Translations under genes and position numbers: made by a program
In this document: one piece after another, positions 10,270 through 19,691 of the stretch
How the letters are laid out: the number at the start of each line of letters is the position of its first letter
How positions within the stretch are numbered: the stretch's first letter is position 1
From: Candidatus Latescibacterota bacterium
GTDB taxonomy: Bacteria > Latescibacterota > UBA2968 > UBA8231
NCBI GenBank assembly: GCA_965219385.1
Contig: CBDCNM010000002.1
Coordinates: 2,350,936 to 2,414,935, forward strand
Length of the DNA stretch: 64,000 nucleotides
Reading direction: 5' to 3'
The notes under the pieces: model-generated
Seen by the model: the letters and a program-made list of their open reading frames with translations, nothing else
Told to the model about the DNA's origin: nothing
Databases searched by the model: none

Positions 10270-11472
10270 ATGAAAATCCTGGTTTCCAATTTGGGTAGCA
10301 CTTCCTTCAAGTACAAGCTTTTCGACCTGCCCTCAGGCTCAGTGCTGGCCCGAGGCGGCATGGATCGCATCGGCGCCAGCGGCTCGGTGCACACCTACAG
10401 CCTGGGCGGGGGGGACGAGGTGGAACAGCCCTGTGACCTGCCGGATCACGCCAGGGCCATCGACGAGGCCCTGGAACGACTGGTCGGGGCCGAGGGGGTT
10501 CTGGCCTCCCTGGACGAACTGGAGGCCGTGGGCTTTAAGACCGTACATGCCCGCAGCATATCCGGCGTGGCGGCCTTGGACGAGGACGTGATCGAGCGCA
10601 TGGTGAGCTACTACCCCCTGGCGCCGGCGCACAACCCGGCCTACGTGGCGGCCATCCACCAGTTCGCTCAGGTAGTGCCCGGGGTGCCCCTGGTGGGGTG
10701 TTTCGAAAGCGCCTTTCACGGCCGGATGCCGCTGCGCCGGCAGCTCTACGCCGTGCCCTACGAGTGGTACGAAAAATACGGGGTGCGGCGCTACGGCTTC
10801 CACGGGGCCAGCCATCGCTACGCCTCCGAGAAGGTGATCGAGCTGGAAGGCACCCGGGAGCTGAAGCACATCAACTGCCACCTAGGCGGCTCGTCCTCGC
10901 TGTGCGCCGTGGCGAACGGGGTTTCGCGCGGGGCCTCGCACGGCCTGACCCCCCAGGGCGGGGTGCCCCAGAACAACCGCATCGGCGACCTGGACCCCTA
11001 CGCCCTCGATCTGGTGATGCGCGAGGAGGGCCGCGGTTTTGCGGAGGTACTGGAGCAGTGCGCCGAGCAGAGCGGGTTGCAGGGGCTGTGCGGGTACAAT
11101 GATATGCGGGATATCGAGGACAGGGCGGCAAAAGGGGACCAACGTTGCGTCCTGGCCATCCAGGTTTACACCTCGGCCATCCGCGATTATGTGGGCAGCT
11201 ACGTAGTGGAGTTGGGCGGGCTGGATGTCATCAGTTTCACCGGCGGGATCGGTGAGTACTCGGCCGTGGTGCGGGGGCAGGTACTCGAGGGGCTGGAGTT
11301 TCTGGGGGTAGAACTGGACCCGAAAAAGAACCAGCAGACCCACGGCGAGGGCACCCTGCACGCGGAGGGGAGCCGGGTCCGCATCTACGTTTTGCGCACC
11401 GACGAGGAGTTGGTGGTGGCCCGGCAGACCTATGAGTTCCTGCTTGAAGAAGATGGGCAGGAACGGGGATGA
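10270..11472 (+). CDS. ackA: acetate/propionate kinase
   Basis: MKILVSNLGSTSFKY, APAHN, RRYGFHGASH, CHLGGSSS, FTGGIGE, TDEELVVAR; GGAG RBS. Confidence 0.9.
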   Translation: MKILVSNLGSTSFKYKLFDLPSGSVLARGGMDRIGASGSVHTYSLGGGDEVEQPCDLPDHARAIDEALERLVGAEGVLASLDELEAVGFKTVHARSISGVAALDEDVIERMVSYYPLAPAHNPAYVAAIHQFAQVVPGVPLVGCFESAFHGRMPLRRQLYAVPYEWYEKYGVRRYGFHGASHRYASEKVIELEGTRELKHINCHLGGSSSLCAVANGVSRGASHGLTPQGGVPQNNRIGDLDPYALDLVMREEGRGFAEVLEQCAEQSGLQGLCGYNDMRDIEDRAAKGDQRCVLAIQVYTSAIRDYVGSYVVELGGLDVISFTGGIGEYSAVVRGQVLEGLEFLGVELDPKKNQQTHGEGTLHAEGSRVRIYVLRTDEELVVARQTYEFLLEEDGQERG

Positions 11473-11534
11473 AATCCTGTCCGGCCCTGCAGCGAGGGAT
11501 GCACAAGGGGGGTTTTCTTTGTATATTATGATGT

Positions 11535-14444
11535 ATGCCGCAAACCGACACTCCACAATCTGAGATCAGAAGAAACCGTCCCAGCCGCCTGAGCCAGCGC
11601 CAGAAGCGCCTGCTGCTGGTAGTGGTGGGTCTGGGGGTGTTCATGGTGGCGGATACCCTCTACCTGCTGAGCAACCGGTTGGCCGATGCCCTGGGCATAA
11701 GCTACTTTGCCGTGACCCAGATTTCGTTGCCCAAGTTCTACCAGGGCATGGTCCTGTCCCACACCGGTGTGGGTTTGATCCTGGTACTGGCGGCCCTGGC
11801 CTTTGTGGCCTGGCATCTGCCCGTGGTGTGGCGCAAGAACCGCCGCCGGGCCATTTACACCGGCATCGTCACCCTGACCCTGGGGCTGGTCCTGGGCATC
11901 ACCGGGCTCTTCATCCTCAGCGCGGCTGCTAGCCGCGAAAATTCCTGGGCTTTCTGGGGCCACGTGGGGGCCGCGGCCCTGCTGCCTTTGTTCTACCTGG
12001 CACACCGGAGGATCTCGCTGTGGAAGCCCTCCCGGTCCAGCTACTGGGTGGTGCCCGCGACTACAGCCGGCCTGGTGGTCCTGGCCGTTGCGCTCCACCG
12101 CCTCACCTACGACCGGGAGTCCTACACCCTCGCTGCCGAGAAGGCCTTTGCGGCGGGCACCCACCTGGGGCCGGGCTCCAAACTACAGAGGGTCGAGGAC
12201 TTTGCCGAGACCGGGTTTGTGCCGGCCAATTTCGTGCCGCCCCCCAGTCCCTTCTTCCCGGCGGCCACCACCACCACCACGGGGAATTACCTGCCCTCGC
12301 GCATCATCACCCGGGGCGATCTATCCCACCCTGAAAAACTGAAGAGCGACCTGGAGCGCTACGGCTTTGTGGCCGACGAGCTGATCGGGGCCGAGACCTG
12401 TGCCCGCTGCCACGCCGATATCGTCGACCAGTGGTCCAAATCGGCGCACCGCTTCGCCTCGTTCAACAACCCGTTCTACGAGGCCACCATCAACGATATG
12501 CGGCGCAACTCCACCCACACCAACCCGGAAGTAGAAAAGCACCTGGCGCACTTTCCCCAGTTCAAAGGCCGGGAGGCCAAGATCAAGTCCAAGTGGTGCT
12601 CGGGGTGTCACGACCCGGCCCTGATGCTGGCCGGTCAGATGACGGAGGAAATTGACCGGGAGACGCCCCAGGCCCAGGCCGGGCTCACCTGTCTGGCCTG
12701 CCACGCCATCGACCAGATCCACGACCAGACCGGCAACGGCAACTACAACATCGCCGACGAGCAGGAGGACCCCTACCTCTTCGCCGAGGCCAGAGAGGGC
12801 CTGGGCAGCTTTGTCCACGACACCGCCCTCAAGGCCCGACCCGCGGTGCACAAGCGCCAGATGCTCAAGCCGTTCTTCCGCCAGTCCGAGTTTTGCGCCA
12901 CCTGCCACAAGGTCAGCCTGGACGTGCGCCTGAACGGGTATCGCTGGCTGCGCGGCCAGGACGAGTTCGATAACTGGCACGACAGCGGGGTATCCCTCAA
13001 TGCCTCGCGGACCTTTTATCTGCCGCCGAAAAAGCGGGTCTGCCAGGACTGCCACATGCCGCTGGAGCCGGCCCGACTGGGAGATGTGGCGGCCAAGAAC
13101 GGACAGGTGCGCTCGCATCGCTTTGTCGCGGTCAACACCGCCCTGCCCTTTGTGCGCGGCGATGGCGAGACCATACGTCGCATCGAGGAATTCCTCCAGG
13201 ACGAGAAGCTGAGGGTCGACATTTTTGCCCTGCGCCACGAAGGAGGCGAGACCCGCTACGCCCTGGACCGCAACCCGCCGGTGCTGAAGCCGGGTGCGGT
13301 CTTTGAATTCGACGTGGTGGTGCGCAACCAGGGAGTGGGCCATACCTTTCCCGGGGGCACCAACGACTCGAACGAAGGCTGGCTAGAGGTCTCGGTGGCG
13401 GACGCAGCAGGGAAGGTCCTGGCGCGCAGTGGCCGGATCCGGGAGGACGGGCACGTGGATCCGGCGGCGCACTTTTACAAGGCCCTGCTGGTGGATCGCC
13501 ACGGCCAGGCCATCCACCAGCGCAACGCCCAGGACATCGTGGCCCCGGTCTACGTGCGGGTCATCGGTCCGGGCACGGCGGATGTGGCGCACTACAGCTT
13601 CCGCGTGCCCGAGGACTACAGCGGCCGGCACTTGAAGCTGAAGGCCCGCCTGCTGTGGCGCAAGTTCGACCGCGCCTACACCGAATTCGCCTTTCGCAAC
13701 AACCCGGAGGGCTTCCGGGCTTTTGCCGGGGTGCCGGACCTGCCCGTGACCCAAATCGCCGCGGACGAGGTGGTCCTGAGGGTGGGCGGGGGTGAAGCCG
13801 GGGCGGGGACCTTGCCGGAGGGAGATTGGGTCCGCTTCAACGACCACGGCATCGGCCTTTTGCTGCAGGGGGATACCCGGGGGGCCGCCCGCTCCTTTTC
13901 CCGGGTCGCCGAGCTGGCTCCACAAAGGCTGGACGGGCCCCGCAACCTGGCCCGGGTGGCCCTGCGCGACGGCAACCTCGAAGAGGCCTATCGGCACCTG
14001 CAGCGCTGCGAGGAGCTGTCGGCGGGCAACGCCCAGACCGCCTGGATCTGGGGGGTGGTACTGCAGGAGGACGGGCGCTACGAGGATGCGGCCAAGGCCT
14101 ATCGCCGGGTGCTGCACGACTTTCCCGAGGACCGGGCCTCCTGGCGCAATCTGGGCCGGGTACTCTATCTGGACGGTCTCTCCGAAGAGGCCCTGAAGGC
14201 TCTCGACCAGGCCTTGCGGATTGACCCGGAAGACCGGGTGGCGCACTACCACCGCATGCTGGCTTTGCGCGGGCTGGGCCGCGCCCTTGAGGCCGACCGG
14301 GCCGAGGAGGCCTACCGGCTCTACCAGATCGACGAATCCGCCCAGGAACTCACCCGGACCTACCGGCTGGAACACCCGCACGACAACCACGAGGTGCAGA
14401 AGATCCACGTGCACGATCTGCAAAACGGCAGGGCCGGCACATGA
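11535..14444 (+). CDS. membrane-anchored multiheme c-type cytochrome with C-terminal TPR repeats
   Basis: About 5 N-terminal hydrophobic helices; five CxxCH motifs (CARCH, CSGCH, CLACH, CATCH, CQDCH); GHTFPGG; TPR-like helical repeats at C-terminus. Confidence 0.85.
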   Translation: MPQTDTPQSEIRRNRPSRLSQRQKRLLLVVVGLGVFMVADTLYLLSNRLADALGISYFAVTQISLPKFYQGMVLSHTGVGLILVLAALAFVAWHLPVVWRKNRRRAIYTGIVTLTLGLVLGITGLFILSAAASRENSWAFWGHVGAAALLPLFYLAHRRISLWKPSRSSYWVVPATTAGLVVLAVALHRLTYDRESYTLAAEKAFAAGTHLGPGSKLQRVEDFAETGFVPANFVPPPSPFFPAATTTTTGNYLPSRIITRGDLSHPEKLKSDLERYGFVADELIGAETCARCHADIVDQWSKSAHRFASFNNPFYEATINDMRRNSTHTNPEVEKHLAHFPQFKGREAKIKSKWCSGCHDPALMLAGQMTEEIDRETPQAQAGLTCLACHAIDQIHDQTGNGNYNIADEQEDPYLFAEAREGLGSFVHDTALKARPAVHKRQMLKPFFRQSEFCATCHKVSLDVRLNGYRWLRGQDEFDNWHDSGVSLNASRTFYLPPKKRVCQDCHMPLEPARLGDVAAKNGQVRSHRFVAVNTALPFVRGDGETIRRIEEFLQDEKLRVDIFALRHEGGETRYALDRNPPVLKPGAVFEFDVVVRNQGVGHTFPGGTNDSNEGWLEVSVADAAGKVLARSGRIREDGHVDPAAHFYKALLVDRHGQAIHQRNAQDIVAPVYVRVIGPGTADVAHYSFRVPEDYSGRHLKLKARLLWRKFDRAYTEFAFRNNPEGFRAFAGVPDLPVTQIAADEVVLRVGGGEAGAGTLPEGDWVRFNDHGIGLLLQGDTRGAARSFSRVAELAPQRLDGPRNLARVALRDGNLEEAYRHLQRCEELSAGNAQTAWIWGVVLQEDGRYEDAAKAYRRVLHDFPEDRASWRNLGRVLYLDGLSEEALKALDQALRIDPEDRVAHYHRMLALRGLGRALEADRAEEAYRLYQIDESAQELTRTYRLEHPHDNHEVQKIHVHDLQNGRAGT

Positions 14445-16219
14445 GGCTGGTTCTGTTTTTGAGTTTGCTGGGCGCGCTGTCCTGCGGGCAGAAAAAAGAG
14501 AAAAAACCGGCTCCCCCTCCCGAATACACCCGGGCTTCCGCCACGGATTATACCCTTTCCAGGAAGCAAAAGGAACCACCCCGGGTGGTCTTTACCGAGA
14601 TCGCGGCGGCGGCCGGAATCGACTTTGTGCACCAGAGTGGAGCGGCCGGCCAGAAGTGGATGCCCGAGACCATGGGCAGCGGCTGCGCCCTCTTCGATTA
14701 CGATGGGGATGAGCGGCTGGACGTATTGCTGGTCAACAGCGCCTACTGGCCGGGACAGGAAAAAGAGGAAAAGCCTACCAGCAAGCTCTATCGCAATCTG
14801 GGGAATGGCCGATTCGAGGATGCGACCCGCAAGGCGGGTCTGGACTTTTCGGCCTACGGCATGGGGGTGACCATTGCCGACTACGACGCCGACGGCGATA
14901 GCGATCTCTTCCTGACCACCCTCGGAGAGAACCTGCTGCTGCGCAACGAGGGGGGGAAATTCGTCGACCGGGCGCGCCGGGCCGGGGTGAGCGGCTCGAG
15001 GTGGGAGGACGACCAAGGCCGCTCGTACCCGGAGTGGTCCACGGGTGCGGCCTGGGTCGACGTGGACGGCGATGGCTGGCTGGACCTGCTGGTGACCAAC
15101 TACGTGCGCTGGTCGCCCCACACCGACATCTTCACCACCCTGGACGGCAAGAACAAATCCTACGCCACGCCGCAGCAGTACCCCGGCTCCACCTGCCGCC
15201 TTTACCGCAACCGGGGGGATGGGACCTTCGAGGAGATCACCGAAGCCGCCGGCCTCTACCTGCCCGAAGCCAAGTCTATGGGGGTGGCCGCGACCGATTT
15301 CGACGGGGACGGGGCGGTGGACCTGGTGATCACCAACGACACCCAGCCCAATTTCCTGCTCCACAATCTGGGCGACGGGCGCTTCGAGGAGATCGGCCTG
15401 GCCACCGGCATCGGCTACGACGAGGCCGGCCGCGCCCGGGCCGGCATGGGAGTGGATATCACCTCCCTGAACAACGACGGGATCCAGGCCATTGGCATCG
15501 GCAACTTCAGCCGAGAGGCCCTGTCGCTCTACCAGCAGCAGGGCGGGATCTTCCTGGACGTGGCCGGCCACACCCGGCTGGTGCAGCCGACCCTGCCGAC
15601 CCTGACCTTCGGGCTGCGCTTCTTCGACTACGACCTGGACGGGTACCAGGATCTGATCCTGGCCAACGGCCACATCGAGCCCGAGATCAACTCGGTGCAA
15701 AAGGACATCCAGTACGCCCAGGTGCCGCAGCTGTTCTGGAACGACGGGGATGGCCAACTGCGGGATGTATCGCAACGGACGGGCGGTCTGTTTACCAAGC
15801 CCTTGATCGGCCGCGGTCTGGCCGTGGGGGACATTGACGCGGACGGGGACCTGGACGTGCTGCTCACCACCAACGGGGGCAGGGCCTACCTGCTGAGCAA
15901 CAAGGGTCCGGTGGGCAACGCGGTTGCGGTGCATCTGCGCGGTGCCGCACCCAATCTGGATGCCCTGGGCGCCCTGGTCACGGCCACGGCCGGCGACACC
16001 AAACAGCAACAGATGGTGCGGACCGGGTCTTCCTACCTGAGCCACAGTACCATTGCTCTGAGTTTTGGCCTGGGCGCCGGGGAAAGGGTGGAAAGGCTCG
16101 AGATCCGCTGGCCGGACGGCGAAGAGGAGGCCCTAGAAAATCTGGCGGCCGGCTCGGCCTACTGGATCGAGCAGGGCAAGGGCATCGTAAAAAGCCGGGC
16201 CTTCAAGGAACCGCTCTGA
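14441..16219 (+). CDS. CRTAC1-family FG-GAP/VCBS beta-propeller lipoprotein with ASPIC/UnbV domain
   Basis: Lipobox-like LGALSC; repeated D.D.DG..DL motifs; C-terminal GSSYLS...FGLG...IRWPDG; ATGA overlap with upstream gene. Confidence 0.88.
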   Translation: MRLVLFLSLLGALSCGQKKEKKPAPPPEYTRASATDYTLSRKQKEPPRVVFTEIAAAAGIDFVHQSGAAGQKWMPETMGSGCALFDYDGDERLDVLLVNSAYWPGQEKEEKPTSKLYRNLGNGRFEDATRKAGLDFSAYGMGVTIADYDADGDSDLFLTTLGENLLLRNEGGKFVDRARRAGVSGSRWEDDQGRSYPEWSTGAAWVDVDGDGWLDLLVTNYVRWSPHTDIFTTLDGKNKSYATPQQYPGSTCRLYRNRGDGTFEEITEAAGLYLPEAKSMGVAATDFDGDGAVDLVITNDTQPNFLLHNLGDGRFEEIGLATGIGYDEAGRARAGMGVDITSLNNDGIQAIGIGNFSREALSLYQQQGGIFLDVAGHTRLVQPTLPTLTFGLRFFDYDLDGYQDLILANGHIEPEINSVQKDIQYAQVPQLFWNDGDGQLRDVSQRTGGLFTKPLIGRGLAVGDIDADGDLDVLLTTNGGRAYLLSNKGPVGNAVAVHLRGAAPNLDALGALVTATAGDTKQQQMVRTGSSYLSHSTIALSFGLGAGERVERLEIRWPDGEEEALENLAAGSAYWIEQGKGIVKSRAFKEPL

Positions 16220-16236
16220 GGCAAAGCCACACCACG

Positions 16237-17085
16237 TCAAGACGTTGCCAGCTCGGCCGGAAATCCGTAGGGCGCATCCCTGCGGTACGCCGGCAAGGGC
16301 CAGCTCTGGCCGCCCAGATTCTGGAAGGAATCGTGGCGCCCGCACAACCACAGGAACAACTCGGCCACCTTGATGTCGGCGCGGAACTGCTCGACGATGG
16401 AGGCGATCGGGCTGCCGTAGTTGGCCGCAGAGAAGTCGAAGTCCTCTTCGATGATCCAGTCCCGTTTGGGCGGGGCGGTACGCCAGTAGAAGTACTTCAG
16501 CATATTGCGCAGAGCCGGGGCGGTCGAGGGACCGCGGCGGTGCCAGATGTGGTAGGCGGTCAGGAAAATGGAGCCGGCCGGCGCCGCCGTGGCAACCACG
16601 CCGCGGATGCTGCCCAGATGCGACATGAAGCGAGCTTTGTTGTGCACCAGGTGAGAGCCGGGCAGGACCTGGGTGGGGCCCAGCTCGATGGGGGTGTCCT
16701 GGGGGTAATAGAAGACCTGCAGATAGTTGAGCTCGAGCGCAAAGTCGAAGTTGCCGTCCACGTGCCAGCCGCCGACATCGGCGTTGGGGCACTGCACCCG
16801 GTGATTGCTCATCAGCACCGGGGTGTGGAAATCGGCGCCCAGAAGGGCCCGCACCGCTCCGGCCGCGGCCGGGTTGAGGATCACATTCTCGACGAACCAG
16901 TCCCGCTCCAAAATGCCGATGGGTTCGTAGTAATCGTCCTCGTCCAGGTATTCCGTGGTCTTCTGATTTATCTGGTCCGGCACCACCCCTTCGAGCAGGA
17001 GATAGCCGTTCTTGCAGAATTCCAGTACCTGGGTGTCGTCCAGGGTGGGTTCGCAGTCGTAGGTCTTGCGTTCGGATGGGCGCAT
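16237..17085 (-). CDS. phytanoyl-CoA dioxygenase (PhyH) family Fe(II)/2OG oxygenase
   Basis: F..NGYL, WHVD, GPT.VLPGSH, distal WHRR. Confidence 0.85.
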   Translation of the reverse strand: MRPSERKTYDCEPTLDDTQVLEFCKNGYLLLEGVVPDQINQKTTEYLDEDDYYEPIGILERDWFVENVILNPAAAGAVRALLGADFHTPVLMSNHRVQCPNADVGGWHVDGNFDFALELNYLQVFYYPQDTPIELGPTQVLPGSHLVHNKARFMSHLGSIRGVVATAAPAGSIFLTAYHIWHRRGPSTAPALRNMLKYFYWRTAPPKRDWIIEEDFDFSAANYGSPIASIVEQFRADIKVAELFLWLCGRHDSFQNLGGQSWPLPAYRRDAPYGFPAELATS

Positions 17086-17088
17086 GGT

Positions 17089-17460
17089 TTACCTCCATCT
17101 TTCCAGAATGAATTCGAAGCCCAGGCCGTGTGAGTCGTCGTGGTCCATGGCCAGCAGGGCCATGTTGGGAAAGGAAATGATCCGCCAGCCGTCTTTGACC
17201 GCGTCCAGCACGGTCTGGTAGGGCCACTCCTCTGGATCGAGGCCGCCCTCGGAGCGCTCGCCGCCTTCGATCAGCATCATGCCGACGACCTGGGAGTGGG
17301 GCGAGGTGTTGGGGGCCTGCAGGTAGAGGAGGTCCTGGCGCGGGTGGCCGTTTTGGTGCGCGACGGCATCGAGACCCTGGCGCAGCCGCTCCTTGGTCAG
17401 GGTGCCGGCCTCCAGTTCGGCTTCCAGGGTGTCGGTGATTTCCCTCTGTGTTTCAGTCAT
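17089..17460 (-). CDS. hypothetical protein (123 aa) directly upstream of PhyH gene
   Basis: Clean ORF with host-like codon usage, 3-bp gap to next gene, motif WPYQTVLDAVKDGWRIISFP. Confidence 0.7.
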   Translation of the reverse strand: MTETQREITDTLEAELEAGTLTKERLRQGLDAVAHQNGHPRQDLLYLQAPNTSPHSQVVGMMLIEGGERSEGGLDPEEWPYQTVLDAVKDGWRIISFPNMALLAMDHDDSHGLGFEFILERWR

Positions 17461-17467
17461 CTATTTC

Positions 17468-17629
17468 TCACTCCTCGCCGGGTGGTTTCTCGCCCGAGAG
17501 CATCTGTTTGATCATCCCCGCCACGTCGCCAGAGCCCTTGCAGAAGACAAAGAGAACCGTCAGGTAGAACAGGGCGCTGGCTGCAAAGAATACAATCTGC
17601 CAGATGTCTTTCCAGGTTTGCGTCTCCAT
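17468..17629 (-). CDS. small 53-aa membrane protein, possible symporter accessory subunit (absent from ORF track)
   Basis: METQTWKDIWQIVFFAASALFYLTVLFVFCKGSGDV...; GGAG RBS; fills gap exactly between two same-strand genes. Confidence 0.6.
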   Translation of the reverse strand: METQTWKDIWQIVFFAASALFYLTVLFVFCKGSGDVAGMIKQMLSGEKPPGEE

Positions 17630-17635
17630 AAGCTA

Positions 17636-18049
17636 CTACTCCATGGCGCTGAAGTCGAGGGGGCGGGGCGAATGGGACTTCTGGGTAAGCAGAGAGCCCA
17701 CGACCATGCCCAGACCGGCCAGGATCAGGCTCATAAGCCCTGAAAGGTTGGAGCTTTCCACCAGGGGTTGCAGCCCGTCGGGGACATGCTCCGGTACCTG
17801 ACTCATGATCAGGAAGTTAATCGGCGCAATGGCGCCCAGGATCAGGGCGCAGTAGGCCCCCGCGGTGTTGGCCCGCTTCCAGTAGAGTCCCAGGGCCACG
17901 GTGCCGACGGCGCCGGCCAGGTAGATGGTGCCGGTGATGTACATGTACTCGGAGATGTTTCGGATGGCGCCGCGGGCCACGGTGCCGGCCAGGATGGTGC
18001 CGCCCACGTAGACCAGGACGATGGCGATGTCGATCCAGCTCAGGTGCAT
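17636..18049 (-). pseudogene. sodium:solute symporter remnant with large in-frame internal deletion
   Basis: SSS-like N-terminus (MHLSWIDIAIVLVY...RNISEY) joined directly to C-terminal part (GLYWKRANTAGA...VGSLLT); only 137 aa. Confidence 0.75.
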
Positions 18050-18137
18050 GGATGCTTTCTTTCGCAGGGGAAAAATTGCCATCAAATATAATCTGTAGGT
18101 TTCCAATTGTCAGCAGTCAAAAGGAGCGGGAATCAGA

Positions 18138-18166
18138 TTGACCAGAGAAAATTTAGGTCTTATAAT
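18138..18166 (+). promoter_or_regulatory. sigma70-type promoter
   Basis: TTGACC-N17-TATAAT upstream of PhyH gene. Confidence 0.65.
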
Positions 18167-18202
18167 TCAGTAGTTTTGTCTACCTCCATGGAAAGGGGTG
18201 GG

Positions 18203-19168
18203 ATGCAAGGACTCGACGACAAAGCACTGGAGTTTTTCCACCGCGAAGGCTACTTGATGGTACCGGAGGTGTACGCACCGGCCGATCTGCAGCCCCTGCG
18301 GGACGAACTGACCGGACTCATCCACCAGGAGGCCCTGCGCCTGCAGGCCCAGGGCCGGCTCAGCCGGCTCTACGAAGACGAACCCTTCGAGCGCCGCCTG
18401 AGCCGGATTCACGCCGAGGTCCCGGAGATCACTGGCGCCATCATCGGCCGGGGCGGTGGAGGGCACAGCGGCCGGGCGCTCTTCGAGGTGATTACCCACC
18501 CGAAACTGCTCGTAAAGGTGGAGTCCTTCATCGGGCCGGAAATCGTCGGGGCTTCGGCCTACCGGATCCGTCCCAAGATACCGGGCATGGCCAGCGGGGT
18601 GGTGCCCTGGCACCAGGATTCGGGCTACTTCAGTCCCCACTGCGATGCCAGCCTGATCCTCACCTGCTGGATCCCGCTGGTGGATGCGACCCCGGGGAAC
18701 GGGTGTTTACAGGTATTGCCCCGGGTCCACCACGGGGGCGTGGTGCGGCACTTCACCCATGGACCGAACGGGTACCTGGCCATTGTCGACCAGGACTTGG
18801 CGGCAGAGGAGCCCGTGACCGCGCCGGTGCCTTTGGGCGGGGTGTTGTTTTTGACCAATTGCACGCCCCACTGCTCGACGCCCAATACCACGGACGTGGT
18901 GCGCTGGAGCCTGGATTTGCGCTACCAGGGCGCGAATCTGCCCAACAACGTGGGGGAAGTCCCCGAGGATTTCAACCTGGATCGTCCACTGCACGAAATC
19001 GCCTGCTATCCCCCGGAGGCGGATTTTGTCGTCCAGAGTCGCGACGACCCCGATTCCGCGGTGGATACCTGGGAGGAATTTCACCAGATTCGCCAGCGCT
19101 ACGAGAAGCTACGGCCCCCCGGTCCGGATCGAGGCTGGGTGCCGATGAGTGAAATGCACACCACTTAA
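18203..19168 (+). CDS. phytanoyl-CoA dioxygenase (PhyH) family protein
   Basis: FHREGYL, VPWHQDSGY, WIPLVDA..NGCL, PHCS, RWSLDLRYQ; start could also be 18188. Confidence 0.88.
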   Translation: MQGLDDKALEFFHREGYLMVPEVYAPADLQPLRDELTGLIHQEALRLQAQGRLSRLYEDEPFERRLSRIHAEVPEITGAIIGRGGGGHSGRALFEVITHPKLLVKVESFIGPEIVGASAYRIRPKIPGMASGVVPWHQDSGYFSPHCDASLILTCWIPLVDATPGNGCLQVLPRVHHGGVVRHFTHGPNGYLAIVDQDLAAEEPVTAPVPLGGVLFLTNCTPHCSTPNTTDVVRWSLDLRYQGANLPNNVGEVPEDFNLDRPLHEIACYPPEADFVVQSRDDPDSAVDTWEEFHQIRQRYEKLRPPGPDRGWVPMSEMHTT

Positions 19169-19181
19169 ACAGGAGACCATC

Positions 19182-19652
19182 ATGGCAAAAAAAGTGAAGT
19201 GGCTGTTTGGAGCAGGTCTGATCGCCGGTGTGTTTTTCGTTGGGTGCGGGGGCGATGGGTCCAGCCTGGGGCCGGACGGCACCCCGGAGGAAAACGGCAA
19301 CGGCGACAACGGCAACGGCAATGGAGCAGAAAAGGTGACCCTGGCCGAACTCAGCACCGAAATATTCACCCCGAAATGCGCCTTTGCAGGTTGTCACGGC
19401 GGTGCCAATCCCGCAGGCGGTATGTCGCTGGCGGCGGATGTCATTGCCGCCGATATCGTCGATGTGGCCGCCACTGCCAATGCCGCTTTCAAGCGCATTG
19501 ATCCGGGCAATCCCGATGACTCTTATATCGTTATGAAGATTGAGGGAAGGGGTATTACCGGGAGACAGATGCCGCCGAACGCCACTCCCCTGAGCGCGGA
19601 GGAAATCGAAAAGATCCGCTCCTGGATCGCGGATGGAGCGCCGACCGAATAG
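19182..19652 (+). CDS. lipoprotein with putative monoheme cytochrome c domain
   Basis: AGGAG RBS; lipobox FVGC; NG-rich linker; CAFAGCH; PG.PDDSY, QMPP, I..WI.DGA. Confidence 0.75.
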   Translation: MAKKVKWLFGAGLIAGVFFVGCGGDGSSLGPDGTPEENGNGDNGNGNGAEKVTLAELSTEIFTPKCAFAGCHGGANPAGGMSLAADVIAADIVDVAATANAAFKRIDPGNPDDSYIVMKIEGRGITGRQMPPNATPLSAEEIEKIRSWIADGAPTE

Positions 19653-19691
19653 GCGCTCGCGGCCGCAGACAAAAAGGGGGATCCGTCTATC

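Noticed and set aside
14690..15870. Periodic GACGGCGAC/GACCTG-like repeats as a possible CRISPR or DNA repeat array
   Set aside because: They encode degenerate FG-GAP protein repeats; no constant repeat-spacer structure exists anywhere in the window.
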